A stretch of DNA of 64,000 nt from Somniosus microcephalus. Taxonomy: Eukaryota. The stretch is taken from positions 8,990,001 through 9,054,000 of the forward strand of contig CM126211.1 of assembly GCA_052327205.1 (NCBI GenBank), given 5' to 3'. The notes below the pieces were generated by a model that ran no database searches, was not told the DNA's origin, and saw nothing but the letters and a program-made list of their open reading frames with translations. Shown piece by piece: positions 28,208-38,800 of the stretch. The position numbers and the translations under genes are program-made. The stretch's first letter is position 1. Each line of letters begins with the position of its first letter.

Positions 28208-28453
28208 TTTGGTGGCCGTGCCTTCTGTTGCCTAGGCCCTAACTCTGGAATTCCCTGCCTAAACCTCTCCGCCTCACGACCTCTCTTTCCTCCTTTAAAC
28301 CTACCTCTTTGACCAAGCTTTTGGTCACCTGCCCTAATTTATCCTATGTAGATAGGTGTCAATTTGTTTTTGTCTTAAAATACTCCTGTGCAGCACCTTG
28401 GGACGTTTTACTACGTTAAAGGCGCTATATAAATACAAGTTGTCATTGTTGTT
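28208..28453 (+). mobile_element. L2-type LINE 3' end
   Basis: ggtggccgtgccttc...tggaattccct...gaccaagcttttggtcac...ggcgctatataaatacaagttg with (TTG)n tail; matches 30392-31248 and 42250-42925. Confidence 0.75.
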
Positions 28454-29251
28454 AATACTCACCTAGAAAAACGTGGGTTAATTAGGACAGTCAGCGTGGA
28501 TTCATAAAAGGTAAGTCATGTCCAACAAATTTAATAGAATTGTTTGAGGAAATAATGGCGTGTAGCAATAATGGAAATGAGCAGATGTTGTGCATATGGA
28601 TTTTGAAAAGATGTTTGATAATATGGTCCACATGGGATGCTTGTTGACAAATATAGGGCACATGGTATTAAAGGGTGTGTGGCAACATTGTTAGCTAAAG
28701 ATCAGAAAACAGGAAGTACTGGTTAATTGGATGTTTTTTTGGTGTAAACATTGGTGTATTCCAATGGTCAGTGTTAGGACCATTGCTCTTCTCAATATAT
28801 ATATATAAAAGCAGACTGGACATTGGTATAGGGAGCATAATAGCAAAATTTGCAGATGACACGAAAACAGGGAGCATGGTTAACTGTGAAGAGGACTGTA
28901 AAGAACTTAAGGAGGACTTAAACAGGTGAGCAGATTGGGCAGATAGACGTCAGATGAAATTGAATGCAGCGAAATTTGAGGTGATTCATTTTGAGAGCAA
29001 GACGAAGAACAGGATATATACAGTAAATGGTAAAAGTTTAAAGTAGCAGATGAGCAGAAAGACTTAGGGGCTCAGACACACAAATCTTTAAAAGTTGGAG
29101 AACAAATTGATAAGCTATGAAAAAGCATTTGGGATCCTAGCTTTTATAAATAAAGACACAGAGTACAAAATTAAAGAGGTAAAGCTCAACCTATACAAAT
29201 TTAGGCTGCAGTTAGAATATTGTGTCCAGTTTTGGGCACCTTACTTTAGGA

Positions 29252-30168
29252 AACATAAACATAGAAGATAGGAGCAGGAGTAGGCCATTCGGCCCCTCGA
29301 GCCTGCTCTGTCATTCAATGAGATCATGGCTGATCATCCAAATTCAGTACCCTGTTCCTGCTTTCTCTCCATATCCCTTGATCCCTTTAGCCTTAAGAAA
29401 TATATCCAACTCCTTCTGAATATATTTAATGAATTGGCCTCTACTGCCTTCTGTGGTAGAGAATTCCACAGGTTCACCACTCTCTGGGTGAAGAAATTCC
29501 TCCTCATCTCAGTCCTAAATGGCTTACCCCTTATCCTTAGACTGTGTCCCCTGGTTCCGGACTCCCCCGCCATCAGGAACATCCTTCCTGCATCTAGTCT
29601 GTCTAGTCCTGTTAGAATTTTATAAGTTTCAATGAGATCCCCTCTCATTCTTCTAAACTCCAGCGAGTATAAGCCCAATCGACCCAATCTCTCCTCATAC
29701 GTCATTCCTGCCATCCCAGGTATCAGCCTGGTGAATCTTTGCTGCACTCCCTCCATGGCAAGAACATCCTTCCTCAGATAAGGCGACCAAAACTGCACAC
29801 AATACTCAAGATGTGGTCTCACCAAGGCCCTGTACAACTGCAGCAAGACATCCTTGTTCCTGTACTCAAACCCTCTCGCTACGAAGGCCAACATACCATT
29901 TGCCTTCTTAACCGCCTGCTGCACCTGCATGCTTACCTTCAGCGACTGGTGCACAAGGACACCCAGGTCTCGTTGCACATCCCCTTCTCCCAATCTATTG
30001 CCGTTCAGATAATAATCTGCCTTCCTGTTTTTGACACCAAAGTGGATAACCTCACATTTATCCACGTTATATTGCATCTGCCATGCTTCTGCCCAATCAC
30101 CCAACCTGTCCAAATCATACTGGAGTTTCTCGGCATCCTCCTCACAGCACACACGCCCACCCAGCTTT
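29252..30168 (-). mobile_element. Young 5'-truncated CR1 LINE, ORF2 C-terminal part uninterrupted
   Basis: ORF 29334-30215 (WQMQYNVDKCEVIHFG, RPHLEYCVQFWSP, RRMRGDLIETYKI, FFTQRVVNLWNSLP) plus CR1 3' UTR. Confidence 0.92.
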
Positions 30169-30391
30169 TTGTCGAACAATGTTAAGACCATGGAGAGAGT
30201 GCACAAGAGATTCACTGAGATGAACCCAGTGATGAGGAGAGACTCAAGAAACTTTTCATTGGAAGGCCAAGCGGAGATCTAATAAAGGTATACAAAATTC
30301 TGAGAAGTTTAAAAAAGTAAATCAGATAAAATGATTTCCACTGGTTGATGAGTTAGTAACTAGCAGGCATTAATTAAAGATTATCAGCAAA

Positions 30392-31248
30392 ACAACAACA
30401 ACTTGTATTTATATAGCACCTTTAACGTAGTAAAACGTCCCAAGGCCCATTCACAGGAGCGTTATAAAACAAAATTTGACACCGAGCCACATAAGGAGAA
30501 ATTAGGGCAGATGGTTGGTCAAAGAGGTAGGTTTTAAGGAGCATCTTAATGGAGGAAAGAGAGGTAGAGAGACGGAGAGGTTTAGGGAGGGAATTCCAGA
30601 GCTTAGGGCCCAGGCAACTGAAGACAATGGTTGGGTGAATAAAATCAGGGATGCTCAAGAGGGCAGAATTAGAGAAGCGCAGATATCTCGGACGGTTGTA
30701 GGGCTGGAGGAGTTCACAGAGATAGGCAGGGGCGAGGCCATGGAGGGATTTGAAAACAAGGATGAGAAATTTAAAATTGAGGCGCTGCTTAACCGGGAAC
30801 CAATGTAGGTCAGCGAGCACTGGGGTGATGGGTGAACAGGACATGGTGCGAGTTAGGACATGGGCAGCTGAGTTTTGGATGACCTCAAATTTACGTAGGG
30901 TAGAACGTGGGAGGCCAGCCAGGGGTGCGTTGGAATAGTCAAGTCTAGAGGTAACAAAAGCATGGATGAGGGTTTCAGCAGCGGATGAGCTGAGGCAGGG
31001 GCAGAGTCGGGCAATGTTACGGAGGTGGAAATAGGGTGTTCTCAGTGATGGCGCGGATATGTGGTCGGAAGCTCATCTCGGGGTCAAATATGACGCCAAG
31101 GTTGTGAACGGTCTGGTTCAGCCTCAGACAGATGCAAGGGAGCGGGATGGAGTCGGTGGCTAGGGAACGGAGTTTGTGGCTGCCACTAAAGACAATGGCT
31201 TCAATCTTCCCAATATTTAGTTGGAGGAAATTTCTGCTCATCCAGTAC
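30392..31248 (-). mobile_element. L2-type LINE 3' portion
   Basis: ORFs 31017-31256 (WMSRNFLQLNIGKIEAIVF) and 30422-30844 (SPITPVLADLHWFPV...LWNSLP...LKTYLF); (AAC)n tail at 30392. Confidence 0.88.
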
Positions 31249-31667
31249 TCATCCAAAAGAATGAAGCAAGAGATTAGGTGGGTTTTTTTACATAGAGAAT
31301 TGTTAAGACATGGAACACACTATTAGAAACAGTGCTGGAAGCAAAATCTATATTAGCTTTTAAAAGGGAAGTGGATAAATATTGATAAAGAAACATTTAG
31401 AAGGGTATGGAGAAAAAGCAAGGGAATGGGACTCTCGATAGCTCTCAAGAGGCTTCAAGCATTGCTTTTACTCTCCTCCCCTTCACAAGATTGGGTTTAG
31501 TGGCTGAGTGAATAACAGGCTCTAGATTTGGATTCTTTATGACGTTGGCTGCAGAAGCACGAATATCACTGGCCACTGCGGGTGAGTCTGCCCAATCCCA
31601 GACACTCGATCACACAGATTCCCCTTGAAGAGAGTGAGGAAAGCTTGTCTGCTGTTACCTATCTTAT

Positions 31668-31980
31668 TCCATCATCAAAGACGCGAGCCACCCCAGCCAC
31701 AACCTCTTCGCCCTGCTCCCATCCGGTAAGAGATATCGAAGCATACGGTCTCGTACCAGCAGGTTTCGAAACAGCTTCTACCCCCAGGCCATAAGACCCA
31801 TGAACGAATAATTTATTATTATTTATCACTGTTGTCTTATTGATTATTACTGTATTTCTATTAGTATTTTTATCATTGTTATGCCATATTTATTCCAATG
31901 TTGGGAGGACTCGTAAAAATCAACATTTCATTGTGCAGTACACACGTCTGCTGCATATATGACAAATAAAATTGAATTGA
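31668..31980 (+). mobile_element. Rex1/Babar-like LINE 3' end
   Basis: Translates to IIKDASHPSHNLFALLPSGKRYRSIRSRTSRFRNSFYPQAIR, a typical Rex1 C-terminal motif, followed by an AT-rich 3' UTR ending gacaaataaaattgaattga. Confidence 0.75.
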
Positions 31981-32196
31981 TGTGTTGGACGGCATTTTAA
32001 TGGATGATTTTGGAGCACTTGTTCCAGGCATCTCTGAAAAGATCAAAGCACTTCTTTTTGAAAATGATAAAGTGTAGTTGGAGACTCACCTGCAGGTGTA
32101 GTGTGCTCTATTTGTCACGTTGAACAATGGGATGATAGTGAATGCTTCACAAATGTGGTATTATGATTCTGCCTGACATATTGAAGGGATCTCAGA

Positions 32197-32252
32197 ATGT
32201 GTAATGGAAGATACAAGGAGCATCTGACCTGCTCATTTATGCCAGTTCTCAG
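32197..32252 (+). CDS. Tentative CLYBL first coding exon (MCNGRYKEHLTCSFMPVLR)
   Basis: Open 56-nt ATG-to-donor segment (CAG|gtagag) with the phase 2 required by exon 2, in non-repeat sequence. No homology support. Confidence 0.3.
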
Positions 32253-32427
32253 GTAGAGAGAAACGTTAGCTTGGCACTGCGCGGAGGACGGGGTGAAGAG
32301 CAGTTTGGTTTTCCATGCAGTGACTGCAAAGTCCCAAATACAGGTTAACCCGTGGCATAAAAAATTGCGAACAGTTCGCCATTAGAGAAAAAGAACAAGA
32401 AGTAAAACCCTCACACACCAGCACTAT

Positions 32428-33128
32428 AAGAGCATAAGAAATAGGAGCAGGAGTTGGCCATTCGGCCCCTCGAGCCTGCTCCGCCATTTAATGAGATCAT
32501 GGTTGATCTGATCTTGGGCTCGGCTCCATTTCCCTGCCCGCTCCCCATAACCCTTCACTCCCTTATCGTTCAAAAATCTGTCTATCTCCACCTTAAATAT
32601 ATTCAATGACCCAGCCTCCACAGCTCTCTGGGGAAGAGAATTCCACAGATTCACGACCCTCTGAGAGGAGAAATTCCTCCTCATCTCCGTTTTAAATGGG
32701 CCACCCTTTATTCTGAAACTATGCCCCCTAGTTCTAGATTCCCCCATGAGGGAAAATGTCATCTCTGCATCTACCTTGTCGAGCCTCCTCAGTATCTTAT
32801 ATGTTTCAATAAGATCCCCTCTCATTCTTCTAAACTCCAATGAGTATAGGCCCAACGTGCTCAACCTTTCCTCATAAGACAACCCTTCCATCCAGGAATC
32901 AACCTAGTGAACCTTCTCTGAACTGCCTCCAATCCCTCCTTAAATAAAGAGACCAAAACTGTACGCAGTACTCCAGGTGTGGTCTCACCAACGCCCTGTA
33001 CTGTTATAGCAGGACTTCTCTACTTTTATACTCCATCCCCCTTTGCAATAAAGGCCAACATTTCATTTGCCTTCCTGATTACTTGCTGTACCTGCATGTT
33101 AACTTTTTGTGTTTCATGTACAAGGATG
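32428..33128 (-). mobile_element. CR1 LINE 3' portion
   Basis: ORF 32424-32891 (LSYEERL...RRMRGDLIETYKI...LWNSLPQRAVEA) plus upstream degenerate RT sequence and CR1 3' UTR. Confidence 0.9.
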
Positions 33129-33387
33129 TATGGATATCCTTATTTTAGAAAGAAAGGAAAGAAGGGAAGGAGGGAGGAAAGAAGGGAAGGCAGAAGGAAT
33201 GAAATAAAGGAAAGGAAGGAAGGAAGAGAAAGAAAGAAAACTTTACAGCCAATGAAGTATTTTTGAAGCGCAATCACTGCTGTAATGTAGGAAACGTTAG
33301 GAGCAGATTGAAGCCCATTTACTGAAACAGTTCACACTTCCAAAAAATCAGTATAATTCCCAATGAATGTGTTGACTTTATGAATTG

Positions 33388-34858
33388 CCTCACACTCACA
33401 CACACACTCACTCACACACTCTCTCTCACACACACACTCTCTCTCACACTCTCCCATTCACACTCACTCACACTCTCTCCCATTCACACTCTCACTCACT
33501 CTCTCCCATTCACACACTCTCTCTCACACAAATATACTCACACACACACTCTCTCTCTCACACTCTCCCACACAAATATACTCACTCTCCCACTCACACG
33601 CACACACTCTCACACACACTCGCTCTCACACACACTCTCCCATTCACTCACTCTCTCANNNNNNNNNNNNNNNNNNNNNNNNNNNNNNNNNNNNNNNNNN
33701 NNNNNNNNNNNNNNNNNNNNNNNNNNNNNNNNNNNNNNNNNNNNNNNNNNNNNNNNNNNNNNNNNNNNNNNNNNNNNNNNNNNNNNNNNNNNNNNNNNNN
33801 NNNNNNNNNNNACTCTCCCTCTATCACACTTTCCCTCTCACACACTCTCTCTCTCACACACACTCTCTCCCTCTCACACACTCTCTCTCTCGCACTCTCT
33901 CTCTCGCACACACTCTCTCTCACACACACGCTCTCTCTCTCACACACACTCACACTCTCCCATTGACACTCTCTCTCACACTCTCTCTCACTCTCCCATG
34001 GACACACTCACTCACACACATGCTTACTCACTCACTCTCTCACACTCACACTCTCACACTCTCTCGCACACACTCACTCGCACACACACACTCACCCTCA
34101 CACTCTCTCTCTCTCACACTCTCCCATTGACACACTCACTCACACACATGCTTACTCACTCTCTCTCACGCATGCTCNNNNNNNNNNNNNNNNNNNNNNN
34201 NNNNNNNNNNNNNNNNNNNNNNNNNNNNNNNNNNNNNNNNNNNNNNNNNNNNNNNNNNNNNNNNNNNNNNNNNNNNNNNNNNNNNNNNNNNNNNNNNNNN
34301 NNNNNNNNNNNNNNCTCACTCTCTCACACACACTCTCTCTCTCAGCTGTTGCCTCTCTCGCATGCACACAATAACACACACTGACACACACACACACCTA
34401 CACACAATCACACTCTCTCTCCCACTCTCTCTCAATTTCTCTCAATCACATACTATCTCTCACTCACACACTCTCTCTCTTTCGCACTCTCACAATCTCA
34501 CACTCTCTCATTCGCTCTCATGTGCTCTTTCACTCTCACGTGCTCTCTCTCTCACTTGCGCTCCCTCTCTCGCTTTCACACTCTCAGTCTCCCTTACTCT
34601 CATTTTCTTTCTCACTGCCTCTCACACTCTATCTCGCTCTGTCTCTCTCACACACCCTCTCATTCTCACTCACACATTCTCTCACTCAGAACTCTCCCAC
34701 ACTCTCTCACACACACACTCTCTCTCATACACTCATTTTTTCTCACTCTCACATACTATCTCTCTCTCTCTCTCTCTCACAATCTCACACACTCTTTCAC
34801 TCTCTAATACACACACTCTCTCACTCGCTCTCTCTCAAACACTCGCATTTTCTCTCAT
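33388..34858. repeat. (CA)/(CT) compound microsatellite and low-complexity tract with two assembly gaps
   Basis: Directly visible; N runs start at 33659 and 34178. Confidence 0.95.
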
Positions 34859-34860
34859 AT

Positions 34861-35101
34861 AATAGCAAAATACTGCGGATGCTGGAAATCTGAAATAACA
34901 ACAGAAAATGCTGGAAATACTCAGCAGGCCAGGCAGCATCCGTGGAGAGAGAAACAGAGTTAATGTTTCAGGTCTGGGACCCTTCATCAGAACTGGAAAA
35001 AGCCGATGAAGGGTCCCAGACCTGAAGCGTCGACTCTGTTTCTCTCTCCACGGATGCTGCCTGGCCTGCTGAGTATTTCCAGCATTTTCTGTTGTTATTT
35101 C
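34861..35101. mobile_element. Penelope-like terminal sequence in inverted (palindromic) arrangement with degenerate hammerhead motifs
   Basis: 34892-34989 is the near-exact reverse complement of 35004-35101; contains CTGATGA-stem-GAAAC on the minus strand. Confidence 0.7.
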
Positions 35102-38100
35102 TCATTTTCTCTCACTCACACACTCTCTCTCACACACACTCTCTCCCTCTTACAATCTCACACTCTCCCTCATTCTCTCTTGCACGCTCCCTCTCCTTCT
35201 CACTCTCCCTCTCGCACTCTAGCTCTTACACTCTCCCTCTCGCACTCTCTCCCTCTTACAATCTCACACTCTCTCTCATTCTCTCTCGCACTCACTCTCT
35301 CGCTCCCGCACTCTCCCTCCCGCACACACTCTCTCTCACTCTCGCTCGCTCTCACACTCCCCCCTCGCACTCCCCCTCTCTCTCACACTCTTCCTCTCTC
35401 TCTCTCCCACTCTCCAGCTCTCTCTCACTCTCTCCCTCCCTCTCTCTCACACACATTCTCTCCCTCTCTCACGCACTCTCTCCCTCACTCTCTTCCTCCC
35501 ACCCTTTCTCTCTCCCTACCTCTCACACTCACTCCCTCCCACACACACACTCTCTCCCTTCACCTCTCTCTCCCTCACTCTCTCTCACCCTCTCTCTCCC
35601 TCCCTCTCACTCTCTCCGCCACTATCTCTCTCACTCTCTCCCTCACTCTCCCCCTCGCTCCCTCCCTCTCTCACTCACCCGTCTCCCTCACACACTCTTT
35701 CGCACACTCTCTCTCTCCCTCCCTCTCTGTCTCCCTCTCACTCCCACCCCCTCTCCTCCCCCCTTCCTTCTCCCCTCCCCCTCCTCCCCCTCTTTTCCTT
35801 TCTCCCCTCCTTTCCTTCCACCCTCCTCTCCTTCGCCCCTCCTCTCCTTCCCCCCTCCTCTCCTTCCCCCTCCCCTTAAGCCCCTCCTCTTCCCCTCTCC
35901 TCTCACCCTCCCCTCCTCTCCTTTCCCCCCTCCTCCCCTCTCCTTCCCCTACTCCCCTCTCCTTTCACCTCCCCTCCTCTCCATCCCCTCCCCTCCTTAC
36001 CCTCCCCTTCTCCTTCCCCTCCCCTCTCCTTTCCCCCTCCTCTTACCCCCTCCTCTCCTTTCCCCCTCCCCCTCCTTTCCTTTCCTCCTCCCCTTACCCC
36101 CCTCCTCTCCTTTCCCCCTCCCCTCCTCTCCTTTCCCCCTCCCCTTACCCCCCTCCTCTCCTTTCCCCCTCCCCTTCCCCCTCCCCTCTCCACCTCCTCT
36201 CCATTCCCCCTCCTCCCCCTCCCCTCCACTCCTTTCCCCTCCCCTCCCTCCTCCTTTCCCTCCCCCCTCCCCTCCCTCCTTTCTCCCTCCCCTCCCCACC
36301 TCGTCCCCTCTCCTCTTCCCCGCTACTCTCCTTCCCCTCCCCATCCCCCTCCAATCATTCCCCTCCCCTCCTCTCCTTTCCTCCTCCTCTCCTACCCCAT
36401 CTTCTCCCCCCCCTCCTCCTCCTCTCCCCCCTCTCTCCTCCCCCCTCTCCTCCCCCACCCTCCGTTCTCCTCCTCCCCTCCTCCCCCCCACCCTCCTTTC
36501 TCCTCCTCCCCCCAGTCTCCTTCTCCTCCTCCTCCCCCACACTCCCCTCCTCCTCCCTCCCCCCTTCTCCTCCTCCTCTCCCTCCTCCCCCCACTCTCCT
36601 CCTCTCCCTCCCCCCACTCTCCTCCTCCCCCCTCCGCACCTCCTCCTCCCCCTCTTCCCACCCTCTCTTCCCCTCCCCTCCCACTCTCCTCCTCCTCCCC
36701 CTCTTCCCACCCTCTCTCCCCCTCCCCCCTCCTCCCCTCTCCCCCTCTTCCTCCTCCCTCCCACTCTCCTCCTCTCCCTCCCCCTCCTCCTCCCCTCCCC
36801 CTCTTCCGACCCTCTCTCCCCACTCTACTGCTCCCCACTCTCCTCTCCACTCCTCCTCTCCTCCCCCTCTTCTCTCCCCCCTCCTCCTCCCCCCTCCCTC
36901 CCCTTCTCTCCCCCCCTCCTCCTCCTCCCTCCCCCCTCCTCTTCTCTCCCCCTCCCTGCCCCCTCTTCTCTCCCCCCTCCACCTCCTCCCTCTCCGCCTC
37001 CCCCTCCTCCTCCCCTCTCCCTCCTCCTCCCCATCCCCCTCCTATTCTCCTCCCCCTCCTCCCTCCCTCTCCCTCCTACTCTCGCCCTCACCCTCCTCTC
37101 TCCCCTACTCCTCTCCTCCCCACCCTCCTTTCCTCCTCCTCCCCCTCTCTCCTCCTCCCCCCTCCCTCCACTCTCCTCCCCCTCCCCCCTCCCGCACACA
37201 CCCCTCCCCCCTTCTCCTCCTCCCCTCCCTCCCCTCTCCTCCCCCTCTTCCCACCCTCTCTCCCCTCTTCTCTCCCCTCCTCTCCCTTCCCCCTCCTCCT
37301 CCCTTCCCCCTCCTCTTCTCTCCCCCCCTCTCCTCCCCTCCCCCTCCTCTTCTCTCCCCCCTCCTCCTCCCCTCCCCTTCTCTCCACCCTCCCCCTCCTC
37401 TTCTCTCTCCCCCTCCTCTCCCCCCCTCCTCCCCTCCCACCTCCTCTCTCCCCCTCCTCCTCCCCTCCTCTTCTCTCCCCCTCCCCTCCTTTCTCTCCCC
37501 TCCTCTCCCCCTCCCCCTCTTCTCTCCCCCCTCCTCCTCCTCGCCCCTCCTCCTCCCCTCCCCCCTCCTCCACCCCTCCCCCCTCCTCCTCCCCCTGCTC
37601 CTCCTCTCTCCCCTCCTCCTCCTCCGCTCCCCCCTCCTCCTCCCTCCTCTCCCCCTCCCCTCTTCCCCCCGACTCCTCCCCCCTTCCTCCTCCTCTCCCC
37701 TCCCTCCTCCCCCTCCTCCTCACTCTCCTTTCCCTCTCCTCCTCCCCCTCCCTTCCCTCCTCTCCTTTCCCCCTCCCCTCCTCTCCTTTCCCCCCTCCTT
37801 CTCCCCCTCCCCTCTCCTTACCCTCCCCTCCACCCTCCAATCGTTCCCCTCCCCTACCCCTCCTCTCCTTTCCCGTTCCTCCTCTCCTCCCCCGCTCCCC
37901 ACTCCTCCCTCACTCTCCTCCCCCCTCCCTCGCTTCTCCTGCTCCTCTCCTCCTCCCCCTCTCCCCTCCCCTCCTCCTCCCCTCCCCCTCCCTCCTCCTC
38001 TCCCCCCTCCCTCCTCCTCCCCTCCCTCCTCCTCCTCTCACCACTCCTCCTCTCCCCCCTCCCTCCTCCTCCTCTCCCCCTCCTCCTCCCCCCACCTCTC

Positions 38101-38300
38101 ATCCTCCTCCCTCCTCCTCCCTCCGTCCTCCTCCCCCTCCCTCCCTCCTTCCCTCTCCCTCCCGCCCACCTCCTCCTCCTCCCTCCCTCTCTGCCTCCTC
38201 CTCCCCCCTCCACACCCCTCCTCCTCCCTCCACTTCCCCTCCACCCCCCCTCCACCTCCGCCCTACACCCCCCCTCCTCCCCCACTCTCCTCCCCATCTC
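35102..38300. repeat. Polypyrimidine (C/T) low-complexity tract
   Basis: Directly visible; ends at the 500-N gap 38301-38800. Confidence 0.95.
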
Positions 38301-38800
38301 NNNNNNNNNNNNNNNNNNNNNNNNNNNNNNNNNNNNNNNNNNNNNNNNNNNNNNNNNNNNNNNNNNNNNNNNNNNNNNNNNNNNNNNNNNNNNNNNNNNN
38401 NNNNNNNNNNNNNNNNNNNNNNNNNNNNNNNNNNNNNNNNNNNNNNNNNNNNNNNNNNNNNNNNNNNNNNNNNNNNNNNNNNNNNNNNNNNNNNNNNNNN
38501 NNNNNNNNNNNNNNNNNNNNNNNNNNNNNNNNNNNNNNNNNNNNNNNNNNNNNNNNNNNNNNNNNNNNNNNNNNNNNNNNNNNNNNNNNNNNNNNNNNNN
38601 NNNNNNNNNNNNNNNNNNNNNNNNNNNNNNNNNNNNNNNNNNNNNNNNNNNNNNNNNNNNNNNNNNNNNNNNNNNNNNNNNNNNNNNNNNNNNNNNNNNN
38701 NNNNNNNNNNNNNNNNNNNNNNNNNNNNNNNNNNNNNNNNNNNNNNNNNNNNNNNNNNNNNNNNNNNNNNNNNNNNNNNNNNNNNNNNNNNNNNNNNNNN

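Larger units (their letters stand above)
28460..31445 (+). mobile_element. Old degraded CR1 LINE (RT region to 3' end) split by two younger insertions
   Basis: Degenerate RT motifs (SVLGPLLF, KFADDTK, EYCVQFWAPYFR) at 28460-29252, continuing at ~30172-30391 (VKTMERVHKRFT) and ~31250-31445 (3' end); many stops and frameshifts. Confidence 0.75.

Noticed and set aside
31539-31581. Alternative CLYBL exon 1 (MTLAAEARISLATA, GTGAGT donor)
   Set aside because: Phase 1; it would need the weak GAG acceptor at 45126 instead of the CAG at 45124. Not fully excluded.
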